Shown here: positions 30,270 to 38,348 of the stretch, in pieces
Layout: each line of letters opens with the position of its first letter
Position numbering within the stretch: position 1 is the stretch's first letter
Source: Candidatus Dadabacteria bacterium
Lineage (GTDB): Bacteria > Desulfobacterota_D > UBA1144 > Nemesobacterales > CSP1-2
Direction: 5' to 3'
Length of the DNA: 64,000 nt
NCBI GenBank assembly: GCA_963805855.1
Contig: CAWDVW010000007.1
Span: forward strand, 391,457 to 455,456
Notes under the pieces: generated by a model
What the model was told of the DNA's origin: nothing
What the model saw: the letters and a program-made list of their open reading frames with translations, nothing else
The model's database searches: none
Position numbers and translations under genes: made by a program

Positions 30270-31067
30270 TTATAGGGCTTCCTCAATAAGCTGATGATCC
30301 TGCGTGAAGTATCTCCTAAATCTGAGATGCGTAAGTATAAAGGATGAAGAAGCCACAGAGAACGCAATCATATACATTATGATGATCTGATACTTAACTG
30401 CTATAATAGGTGAAACACCCGAGAGGATTTGTCCGGTCATTATTCCTGGGAGAGACACTATTCCCACCACCATCATAGAGTTAATTGTTGGAATCATAGA
30501 AGCCTTCATCGCTGCTTTTATACACGAAGAAGCAGCCTGTTTGGCGGTTGCCCCCAGCGCCAGGTAGGCCTCAATCTCGCTTTTCTTATTCCTAATGTCC
30601 GAGTCAATTCTCTCGACCGCTAATGTGGCGCCATTCATGCTATTTCCGATTACCATACCTGCCAGCGGTATCAGATAATGTGGTTCATACCAGGGTTTTA
30701 TTTGCAGGATGACCTGTGTGACCAGAAAAACGCTGATTCCCGATCCTGTTGTCAGTGCGAAACCTACAAGGTACGGCAACTCCTTAGTGTGCTTTACCTG
30801 TCTTTGAGAAACTGTGATAGCAGCGATTATAATCATTACTGCGATCGTAATAAGGATTATGTACCATCTATCTAAAGCGAAAATGTATTTTAATATATAA
30901 CCTATAGCAACCAGTTGAATCAGGGTTCTCAGCGCCCCGATTGCGAATTCTCTTTCGAGCATCAAGTTTTGCCACCTTGACATTCCGATGGCTACAGAGA
31001 TTAATCCAAGTCCGATGAGAAGATCTATATAGCTTATATTTACAAGCGTGTAATTAAACGCTTCCAT
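30270..31067 (-). CDS. fetB: ABC-transporter permease, FetB/YbbM (UPF0014) family
   Basis: 265-aa multi-TM protein with the conserved LIGLGLISVAI..RTLIQL pattern of the YbbM/FetB family. It sits directly downstream of its ATPase gene. Confidence 0.7.
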   Translation of the reverse strand: MEAFNYTLVNISYIDLLIGLGLISVAIGMSRWQNLMLEREFAIGALRTLIQLVAIGYILKYIFALDRWYIILITIAVMIIIAAITVSQRQVKHTKELPYLVGFALTTGSGISVFLVTQVILQIKPWYEPHYLIPLAGMVIGNSMNGATLAVERIDSDIRNKKSEIEAYLALGATAKQAASSCIKAAMKASMIPTINSMMVVGIVSLPGIMTGQILSGVSPIIAVKYQIIIMYMIAFSVASSSFILTHLRFRRYFTQDHQLIEEAL

Positions 31068-31069
31068 AT

Positions 31070-31780
31070 TTATACAGTAATCCCCTGTGTGTTATGAGTC
31101 CTGAAAAACTCCTCCGATAAACCCTCGTGCAGTATCACGCCGTTATCTATCTGGATGATTTGTCCGCCAAAAAATCTCGCATGGGCGAGTTGATGAGTGA
31201 CCATAATAACCGTGATCCCGATGAGGCTGTTCAACTGACTTATTGACCGTAACAGGCTTATTGCGGAAGTGTGATCCAGGGCAGACGTTGGTTCATCCAA
31301 TAGCAGTACTTCAGGCTTGTTGATGAGCGTTCGTGCTATGCTCAGGCGTTGCTTCTCACCGACAGATAGCTCAGATGCTTTGCGTTCGAGAAAATCGACC
31401 TTGAGTTCAGACAACTTAAGAACATGCTTTATTTCGCTTTCATCAGGAGGGTTCTCAACAATCCCAAGTTCGTAAGGAACCATAAGGTTGTCCCTTACAG
31501 TTCCGTCAAACGTCACAGGAATCTGAAAAACCATTCCGACTTTCTTTCTGAGTTCGATAACCGGAATGTCTAAAATGTTTTGTTCATCAATCAATATATC
31601 TCCGGCAGTTGGATCATCCATCCGGTTCAGAAGCCTGAGGAGCGTTGTCTTGCCTGCTCCTGACGGACCCAGTATGTTGTATTTTTTCCCGGAGTGAAAT
31701 TTGAGATTTATATCCCTTAGTATCGGAATCCCGCTTTTGGACTTGCCAACATCTCTTAGCTCAAATTTTATATTGCTCAC
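31070..31780 (-). CDS. fetA: ABC-transporter ATP-binding protein (FetA-like)
   Basis: Walker A GPSGAGKTT, ABC signature LSVGEKQRLSIAR and Walker B LLLDEPTSALD. Confidence 0.85.
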   Translation of the reverse strand: MSNIKFELRDVGKSKSGIPILRDINLKFHSGKKYNILGPSGAGKTTLLRLLNRMDDPTAGDILIDEQNILDIPVIELRKKVGMVFQIPVTFDGTVRDNLMVPYELGIVENPPDESEIKHVLKLSELKVDFLERKASELSVGEKQRLSIARTLINKPEVLLLDEPTSALDHTSAISLLRSISQLNSLIGITVIMVTHQLAHARFFGGQIIQIDNGVILHEGLSEEFFRTHNTQGITV

Positions 31781-31872
31781 TTAATCTCTTTTTTGAGTAC
31801 AAGACCCAAGGCAAAGAAATTGTCTAACGCTCTTTTAAAAATAATTATTCCCGTGCAACAAAGCCATTTTTA

Positions 31873-32241
31873 ATCTATCAATTGTATGGCTTCATCGAAC
31901 TCTTCTGCCATGCCCGGGTGACCGTGCTTGTACGCAGCTTCTATCCCTTTTATATAAGCCTCTTTCGCTTCTTCCTTCCTGTCCAGCTTCAAGAGAGCCT
32001 CAGCCAGCATCCGGTACGCTGCCCCCTCATCGTCTTTTAACGTGAAATAAACCCTGATTTCATCTACAGCTTCCTTATACTTGCCCGCCTTGAAATATTC
32101 GTTAGCAAGTCCATACCTGTTCAGGGAATTACCTGGATTTTTTTCAACGAGCGCTTTGAAGGTTTCGATTCTATTTGTAATTGTTATTTGTCTCCCGTTT
32201 TCATTTTTTCGGATCGCATTCGAAAGAATAATATATGAATT
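31873..32241 (-). CDS. TPR-like helical-repeat protein ORF lacking a canonical start codon (possible ATT start at 32181, or a frameshifted gene)
   Basis: Open frame of 123 codons by my translation (...NRIETFKALVEKNPGNSLNRYGLANEYFKAGKYKEAVDEIRVYFTLKDDEGAAYRMLAEALLKLDRKEEAKEAYIKGIEAAYKHGHPGMAEEFDEAIQLID*). It is absent from the ORF track because the frame contains no ATG, GTG or TTG before Met at about residue 80. A strong SD GGGAGA sits 9 nt upstream of an in-frame ATT. An out-of-frame ATG (MKTGDK*) lies just upstream. Confidence 0.35.
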
Positions 32242-32415
32242 TCATCCGTTAGTACAAAAATGAATTTAGCCTGCGAGCTCCTTGCTGCCTCTACAGGGCT
32301 TCCACTGTCCGATTATTACCTTTCGAGCGCAGCCTAGAGGGTCCTCGCGGGCGACTTCGATTAACTCAGTGCAGGCTCGGCGAAGCAATCCATGATCATT
32401 TGCGTAAATACAATC

Positions 32416-32443
32416 GTAGGGAACGCAGATCTGCGTTCCCTAC
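32416..32443. repeat. Palindrome variant GTAGGGAACGCAGATCTGCGTTCCCTAC (loop GATC)
   Basis: The arms are identical to the copies at 551 and 13642; only the loop differs. It is followed by ACATTT...TTGGTAAC and an Element-1 copy, the same arrangement as at 7699-7837. Confidence 0.9.
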
Positions 32444-32463
32444 ATTTTTTTACATATAGTTTA

Positions 32464-32530
32464 TTGGTAACACTCTGCCTAGCGTGGAGTAGATTGCTTC
32501 GGAAAAAGCGTTTCTCGCAATGACAGTAAA
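32464..32530 (-). repeat. Element-1 repeat copy (reverse orientation), followed by a partial second copy at 32553-32595
   Basis: The reverse complement is CTGTCATTGCGAGAAACGC...CGAAGCAATCTACTCC...GGCAGAGTGTTACCAA. The partial copy is CAATGCTCTGCTAATGTTGAAGGAGAATGCTTC. Confidence 0.8.
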
Positions 32531-32757
32531 AAATATTCAATGGTAGCGGGTGGGCAATGCTCTGCTAATGTTGAAGGAGAATGCTTCAGGACTTTCTCAG
32601 TCCCTCCCAGCGCCGGGAAATTAAGAATTGACACAGTTGCATCTCCGATAGGTATGCGTTACGCTAAATGGATCGATAATGATTTTATGAAATAAGCTAT
32701 ACTCCTTCCGAGTAAAAATATATGATTTAAGAATTTAATTATAATTCATAAAACAAG

Positions 32758-33294
32758 TTGACGAAGGTTCATTTAGGAGGTCACACCATGTTAAAAGTTT
32801 ATAGACTGGTCCACTTGACACTTTTTCTTTGTCTAACTGTCACGTTTATTAGCTGTGGAAAGAAGGCGGCCAAGCCAATTAATCCGGAATCATTACCCCC
32901 TGCATTCTCACAAACTCTTATTCTAAAAAACGAAACTGCGGATGAAGTTCATATATTCCCGGCGCCAGGCTCAATCGGTGAACCTTTGGTATTAAAACCC
33001 GGCGAATCGATCAGCATGAATTTTATGGTTAACAGAAAAGCTTCTCTAGACGAATCCGGCAATCCAACAGAAGGTGGCTGGACCGTAGAGATAGATAAGC
33101 AGCATAAGTTTCTTGGCATGAGAGACACCGATGGTCTTCTGCGGATCAAAACCTCGAAGGGGGAGTTATGGGAGTATAAAATAGATTTGGGCAAGTGCTG
33201 GTTCGAAAATAAACCGCCGACCAAAGATCATGAGCTGACTATTCATGAAAAAGGACCGGATCAGAGTGCTCCCGCTCTTGTACTGTGTGAGTAA
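32758..33294 (+). CDS. Lipoprotein of unknown function
   Basis: Signal peptide with lipobox FISCG. 178 aa with no recognisable catalytic motif. It sits immediately upstream of the M64-like peptidase. Confidence 0.6.
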   Translation: MTKVHLGGHTMLKVYRLVHLTLFLCLTVTFISCGKKAAKPINPESLPPAFSQTLILKNETADEVHIFPAPGSIGEPLVLKPGESISMNFMVNRKASLDESGNPTEGGWTVEIDKQHKFLGMRDTDGLLRIKTSKGELWEYKIDLGKCWFENKPPTKDHELTIHEKGPDQSAPALVLCE

Positions 33295-33495
33295 CATTTA
33301 ATAATAATTAGCACGGGAGGTTAGACCCCATATATTAAGCGTGGCTTTATGTGTTATGAGTGACTATTATCTTAAAAGTCTGTCGTTATTTTGATCTATA
33401 AATCTTCGTAATTTTATACAGAATTTGAAACAATACATCGGCGGCCAGCCTCGACTTATTCGATTTATAAATTCTCAAATGAAGAAACTCTCGTC

Positions 33496-34797
33496 ATGAA
33501 ACACCCCTGGGATACAAGCACACGCTTAAATTTTGAATACCACGATAGAGATATAGAGCTCGTTTCCTGGAACAGGTTAAAGAAGATTTCGCCGCCGTCT
33601 GATCCAATGGAAAATTATGAAGATGAATCTGGATGGTGGGTAATCTTGACTGACGGAAGAGGTAATGTGGTTTATAGACAGGTAATCCACAATCCGATTC
33701 GTATTGACAAGGAATTATTCTCGTATGGAAGGAAAGGGGGTGTTAGCTGGGAGATCCCGAATGCTGCAGAACAAAATGCGGAGTTCTCAGTTTTAGTTCC
33801 TGACATTCCAACGGCTACCCACCTCTCTCTTTACGGCAGTTTTGAAGAGGATGAAGTATCAGTGCCCTCCTGGGAAATATTGACTTTGGAACTTGGGTTG
33901 GAGGATCTTGAATTAGATATTGAAACGCTAGCGGCGCCTCGGGATTTAGAAGAGGGAAGGCTTGTAGGGATTACAAAATTGGTCGATAATGGTTCCTCTA
34001 CCGAACAATGGAACCTTGTATTGCTTTCGGAGGGATATCGAGAGAGTGAGATTCCCGATTTCCGTCAGCATTCAGAGGATTTCGTTTCAAAATTGAAAGC
34101 TACACCTCCCTTTACGGAATTATGGGATTTAATAAATGTGTACCTTGTAAATGTTGCCTCAATAGACAGCGGGATTGCGGATCCAAAAAATCCACAGGAT
34201 AATCCGAGAACGTACTTCGATGCGCGTTTCTACAACTTTGCGCTGAATGACAGATTGATAGTGGCGAATCAGGATCTAGCATTGCTTGTCGTAAGACAAA
34301 ACGTTCCAGAATATAATGTGGCAATGATGATAGTGAATACGAAACTTTATGGTGGTTCAGGTGGAACAGTAGCCGTGTTTTCAGCTCATCCACAATCTGC
34401 TAAAATCGGCATTCATGAAATGGGTCACTCTGCGTTTGGATTGGCAGATGAATATGAATATGCGGGAAGCAATGGGCTGATTGGAAACCACTACTCCGGC
34501 CAGCCACGCTCAGAGTCTAATATCGCCACCTCAATCGAGCGCGCAAAGCTAAAATGGGGTCATTTGATTGATCAAGAGCTTGAAATCCCCTTTTTCCGGA
34601 ATCCCAATTGTAACGACTTCAGTCCTAATCCACCTCCTCATCTAACTGGCAAGGTGGGAGCCTTCGAGGGTGCTTTCCATCATCATTGCGGAGTTTACAG
34701 ACCAGAGGCATTCTGTATTATGCGATCACTGGGTCATAAATCTTTTTGTAAGGTTTGTGCGGACAGGATAAGAAGAATTATTTCATCAAACGTTTAA
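33496..34797 (+). CDS. Peptidase M64 family (IgA-peptidase-like) zinc metalloprotease with a Cys-rich C-terminus
   Basis: Motifs match the M64 family pattern: LVLLSEGY, INVYLVNV, YGGSGG and the zinc site HEMGHSAFGLADEY. C-terminal Cys cluster HHHCGVY..FCIM..FCKVC. No N-terminal signal peptide is evident. Confidence 0.65.
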   Translation: MKHPWDTSTRLNFEYHDRDIELVSWNRLKKISPPSDPMENYEDESGWWVILTDGRGNVVYRQVIHNPIRIDKELFSYGRKGGVSWEIPNAAEQNAEFSVLVPDIPTATHLSLYGSFEEDEVSVPSWEILTLELGLEDLELDIETLAAPRDLEEGRLVGITKLVDNGSSTEQWNLVLLSEGYRESEIPDFRQHSEDFVSKLKATPPFTELWDLINVYLVNVASIDSGIADPKNPQDNPRTYFDARFYNFALNDRLIVANQDLALLVVRQNVPEYNVAMMIVNTKLYGGSGGTVAVFSAHPQSAKIGIHEMGHSAFGLADEYEYAGSNGLIGNHYSGQPRSESNIATSIERAKLKWGHLIDQELEIPFFRNPNCNDFSPNPPPHLTGKVGAFEGAFHHHCGVYRPEAFCIMRSLGHKSFCKVCADRIRRIISSNV

Positions 34798-35900
34798 TTT
34801 GAGCGCCTACTACCTCTGTAGGAAATTTTATAAACTTTACCGCTTCGATCATCTGAAACATAAAGAGAACCATCCGGTCCCACTAATGCATCAACCGGCC
34901 TTCCCAAAACCTTAGTCCCCTGGAGCCAGCCCGTTGCAAAGTCCTCGATCCCCTCCGGTTTACCGTCTTTCATTCGGATACGCACAAGCTTATATCCGGT
35001 TGGGACTGACCTGTTCCAGGAACCATGATAAGCGACGAATAGGTCTCCCTTGTATTCTTCAGGAAATTGATCCGCTCCATAAAACGCGAGTCCTAGTGGA
35101 GCAGAGTGAGCCTGTAATTCAACTATCGGGGCGATGGTATTCTTGCATCTACGCGGGTCATTAAATTTAGGATCGGGAATCCCATTGCCGTAACAATACG
35201 GCCATCCATAATCCTTTCCTTCCCTAACGGTGTTTATCTCATCTGGTGGCAGATTATCCCCTAACCGGTCTCTTCCGTTGTCGCTGGCCCACATTTCCCC
35301 TCTGGCCGGATCCCAGGCCAGGCCTACGGAGTTTCTCAAACCCTCGGCAAATACCTTTCCATCACTTCCATCGGGATTGAATTGTAGAATTGCTGCTCGC
35401 CGTCTGTCTTTCTCTTCACAGACATTGCAGGAGGAGCCAATGGATACGTACATCTTTCCATCCGGGCCAAAGGTGACTGTCCTTGTAAAGTGCCCGCCGG
35501 TAGGGAGGTTTGGAACAATTATTTCTTTCTGACCCGGTTTCGAATTAATACCGCTATATTTATAGCGTACAATCTGATTAGTCTCACCGATATAGAGGTA
35601 ACCCTTGTAAAAGACTATGCCATGCGGACGATTTAGTCCTTTCAAGAACGTAATCTTTTTATCCGATTTACCGTCTTTATCTTTATCAGGAATTGCAACG
35701 ACTTCTCCTTCTCTTATGATAGTTGCAAAAAGAACACCGTCTGGACTAAATGCCATAAATCTTGGGCTGCCGAGACCGGTGGCAAATTCTTCAATAATAA
35801 ATCCTTGTGGTAGTTGGATTTTGTCGGCGAAAGAAAAAAGATCCCCGGAAAAGAACATAAAAAATAAAAATACAACCGAAGTAACAACATGGGTTCTCAT
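34794..35900 (-). CDS. PQQ-dependent sugar dehydrogenase (soluble glucose/sorbosone dehydrogenase beta-propeller family), secreted
   Basis: Signal peptide. GPDGKMYVSIG, GLRNSVGLAWDP and GPDGSLYVSDD propeller-blade motifs typical of the SGL/GDH-B family. Confidence 0.75.
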   Translation of the reverse strand: MRTHVVTSVVFLFFMFFSGDLFSFADKIQLPQGFIIEEFATGLGSPRFMAFSPDGVLFATIIREGEVVAIPDKDKDGKSDKKITFLKGLNRPHGIVFYKGYLYIGETNQIVRYKYSGINSKPGQKEIIVPNLPTGGHFTRTVTFGPDGKMYVSIGSSCNVCEEKDRRRAAILQFNPDGSDGKVFAEGLRNSVGLAWDPARGEMWASDNGRDRLGDNLPPDEINTVREGKDYGWPYCYGNGIPDPKFNDPRRCKNTIAPIVELQAHSAPLGLAFYGADQFPEEYKGDLFVAYHGSWNRSVPTGYKLVRIRMKDGKPEGIEDFATGWLQGTKVLGRPVDALVGPDGSLYVSDDRSGKVYKISYRGSRRSN

Positions 35901-35987
35901 GGAAACTATTCTAAGGCCAACGATTTGTTTATCAAGGTTGTAAGATTTCCTCGGGACTGGAAAGTCCCGACTATCTTTTCAATTCAC

Positions 35988-36665
35988 TCAAAGGGAAAAA
36001 GAATAATCACTTGATACGTGAGGATTCATCTCGAAAACGCGTGAAAAGGATCCGATTATACTATCTTTAACCTCGGACATCTCAATATCCTTTTTATTAC
36101 CTGACAGCTCTCTTATCGATGTCATTTTGATGCCCGGAATTCCGCAAGGCACTATCATCGCGAAATAAGATAAATCCGTATTCACGTTTAGAGCAAATCC
36201 ATGATAGGTTGTCCATTTCTTCACACCAATTCCGATTGATGCAATCTTTTCATCCCCCACCCAAACCCCGGTATAATCCCTTTTTCTCTCACCGGAAATG
36301 TTAAAATCGCCGAGCGCATTGATGATTACCTCTTCTATATTTCTCAAAAAGAGATGAATGTCACATTTGTGATTGTTCAGATCCAGAATCGGATAGCCGA
36401 CTAATTGTCCGGGTCCATGATATGTGATGTCGCCTCCTCTGCCCACAATTTCGAAATAGATACCACTATTCTTCAGTTCCTCGTGGTTCTTCAGGAGATT
36501 TTCCGGTTTGCCTCTTCTCCCCACTGTGAAGGTCGGAGGATGCTCTAGCAGTAAAAGAGTGTCCCCGACCTCGCCGCGCCTTATTTTGTTGAGAAGTGAT
36601 ATTTGGAGTTCTAGAGCCTTCTTATAATTCACTGTGCCTAGGTTGTAAACCGTTAGAACACTCAT
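35988..36665 (-). CDS. lipB: Octanoyltransferase (lipoyl(octanoyl) transferase)
   Basis: LEHPPTFTVGRRG motif, the catalytic Cys region PCGIPG and a Lys in GVKKWTTYHG. Confidence 0.88.
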   Translation of the reverse strand: MSVLTVYNLGTVNYKKALELQISLLNKIRRGEVGDTLLLLEHPPTFTVGRRGKPENLLKNHEELKNSGIYFEIVGRGGDITYHGPGQLVGYPILDLNNHKCDIHLFLRNIEEVIINALGDFNISGERKRDYTGVWVGDEKIASIGIGVKKWTTYHGFALNVNTDLSYFAMIVPCGIPGIKMTSIRELSGNKKDIEMSEVKDSIIGSFSRVFEMNPHVSSDYSFSL

Positions 36666-36745
36666 ACGTCTAGTCTAATCAAATCCCCCGTCCTGCATCG
36701 ACTGCACTCCTGCATCCTGTATCTTGAATCTTGCATCCTGTATCC

Positions 36746-38182
36746 TTACATATTCCGGGCCCGATCTAATGCTGATAAAGCGGCCTCCATGACTGCCTCT
36801 GAAAGAGTGGGATGAGCGTGTGGTGTCAATGCAATCTCCAGTGGAGTTGCCTCCAGGGTCTGTGCAACTCCGATTTCCGCAATGAGTTCTGTTGCGCCAT
36901 GACCAATAATATGGGTACCTATAATTTCACCCGTAATTGAATCTGATATTATCTTGACAAAACCATCAGTTTCACCCGTTGCAACTGCTTTCCCGGATGC
37001 TCTAAACGGGAACTTGCCAACTTTGATCTTGAGTCCTTTCTCCCTGGCTGCATCCTCCGTAATGCCGACGGATGCTATTTCTGGCTGGCAGTAAACACAG
37101 CTTGGTATCCTGTCATAACGGACCCTGTTTTCCTTCTGTCCAGATATCAACTCAACTGTGGTGATTCCCTCTTCTGAAGCCTTGTGAGCTAGGAGAGGTG
37201 GGCCAATCACATCGCCAATTGCGTACACATTGCTGCAGGTTGTTCTATAAGAGCCATCGGTCTTTATGAATCCCTGTTCATTAAGCTCTATATTCAAATC
37301 CTTGAGCCCTAGATCATCGGAGTCTTTATAATAGCTCAACGATGTCGGGGCGGTATTAGCTACAGCCTTCCGACCAACCGCGACCAGTAGCTTTGAAGCT
37401 TCGATTACCTTTAACTCTTTACTTGATATTTGTTCAACCGTTACATTAAGCGAATCCTTTAACCGTTTGTAACTATTATATTTACAGTTTATTAGGACCG
37501 TTATACCGGATTTCTTGAATACCCTTTCAAGCTCCGAAGCTACTTCAGAATCCGCCCCGGGAAGTAGATGACTTTCCATCTCAATAATTGTAACCTTACT
37601 GCCAAATGAATTATATACATAGGCGAATTCCGCACCTATATAACCTCCCCCTATGATGACAATCGATTTGGGAAAATCCTTTGACATGATTGCTTCATCA
37701 CTAGTGATTACCAGCTTCCCATCTATTTCGAGTCCGGGAAGCGTCTTAGGCACAGAACCTGTAGCTATCAGCACGTTCTCAGCCTCGATCTCATTCTGGT
37801 TCTTGTTGGTGATAATTCCTATTTTATTTCTCGTTATTAATTTACCCGTGCCCTGAAGGTGGGCGATTCCGTTTTTCTTGAAGAGAAATTCCACACCCTT
37901 ACTTAAAGTGGATGAGGCTTTTCGGCTTCTATCGATAACCTTTGAATAATCAAATGCAAGCCCCTCGACATTGATTCCATAGGAGTTAGACCTCTTAAAA
38001 TACTCATATATCTCGGCGCACTTGAGGATTGCTTTTGATGGAATGCATCCCCAGTTAAGACAGACTCCCCCAGGCTTATCCCTTTCAATAACGGCAACCT
38101 TCATTCCCAATTGCGCCGCGCGAATCGCCGCAAGATAACCGCCGGGACCCGATCCTATCACCGCTAAATTATATTTTTCCAT
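36746..38182 (-). CDS. lpdA: Dihydrolipoyl dehydrogenase (E3), copy 1
   Basis: FAD motif VIGSGPGGY, redox-active disulfide GGVCLNWGCIPSK, NAD motif IIGGGYIGAEFA and a C-terminal HAHPTLSE interface motif. Confidence 0.92.
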   Translation of the reverse strand: MEKYNLAVIGSGPGGYLAAIRAAQLGMKVAVIERDKPGGVCLNWGCIPSKAILKCAEIYEYFKRSNSYGINVEGLAFDYSKVIDRSRKASSTLSKGVEFLFKKNGIAHLQGTGKLITRNKIGIITNKNQNEIEAENVLIATGSVPKTLPGLEIDGKLVITSDEAIMSKDFPKSIVIIGGGYIGAEFAYVYNSFGSKVTIIEMESHLLPGADSEVASELERVFKKSGITVLINCKYNSYKRLKDSLNVTVEQISSKELKVIEASKLLVAVGRKAVANTAPTSLSYYKDSDDLGLKDLNIELNEQGFIKTDGSYRTTCSNVYAIGDVIGPPLLAHKASEEGITTVELISGQKENRVRYDRIPSCVYCQPEIASVGITEDAAREKGLKIKVGKFPFRASGKAVATGETDGFVKIISDSITGEIIGTHIIGHGATELIAEIGVAQTLEATPLEIALTPHAHPTLSEAVMEAALSALDRARNM

Positions 38183-38348
38183 GGCGTAGTATTATAGCTA
38201 CGGATTATTAATGGTCAATTATCCGCTTTTTTATTTACATTCCGTACTAGGTATAATAGGATAAAATTGAATAAATATGACGATCACTTAAGATAATAAT
38301 GACCGGTACGGTTTAAGATCTCTACATTAGCTTATAAAAGGCAGTAAA

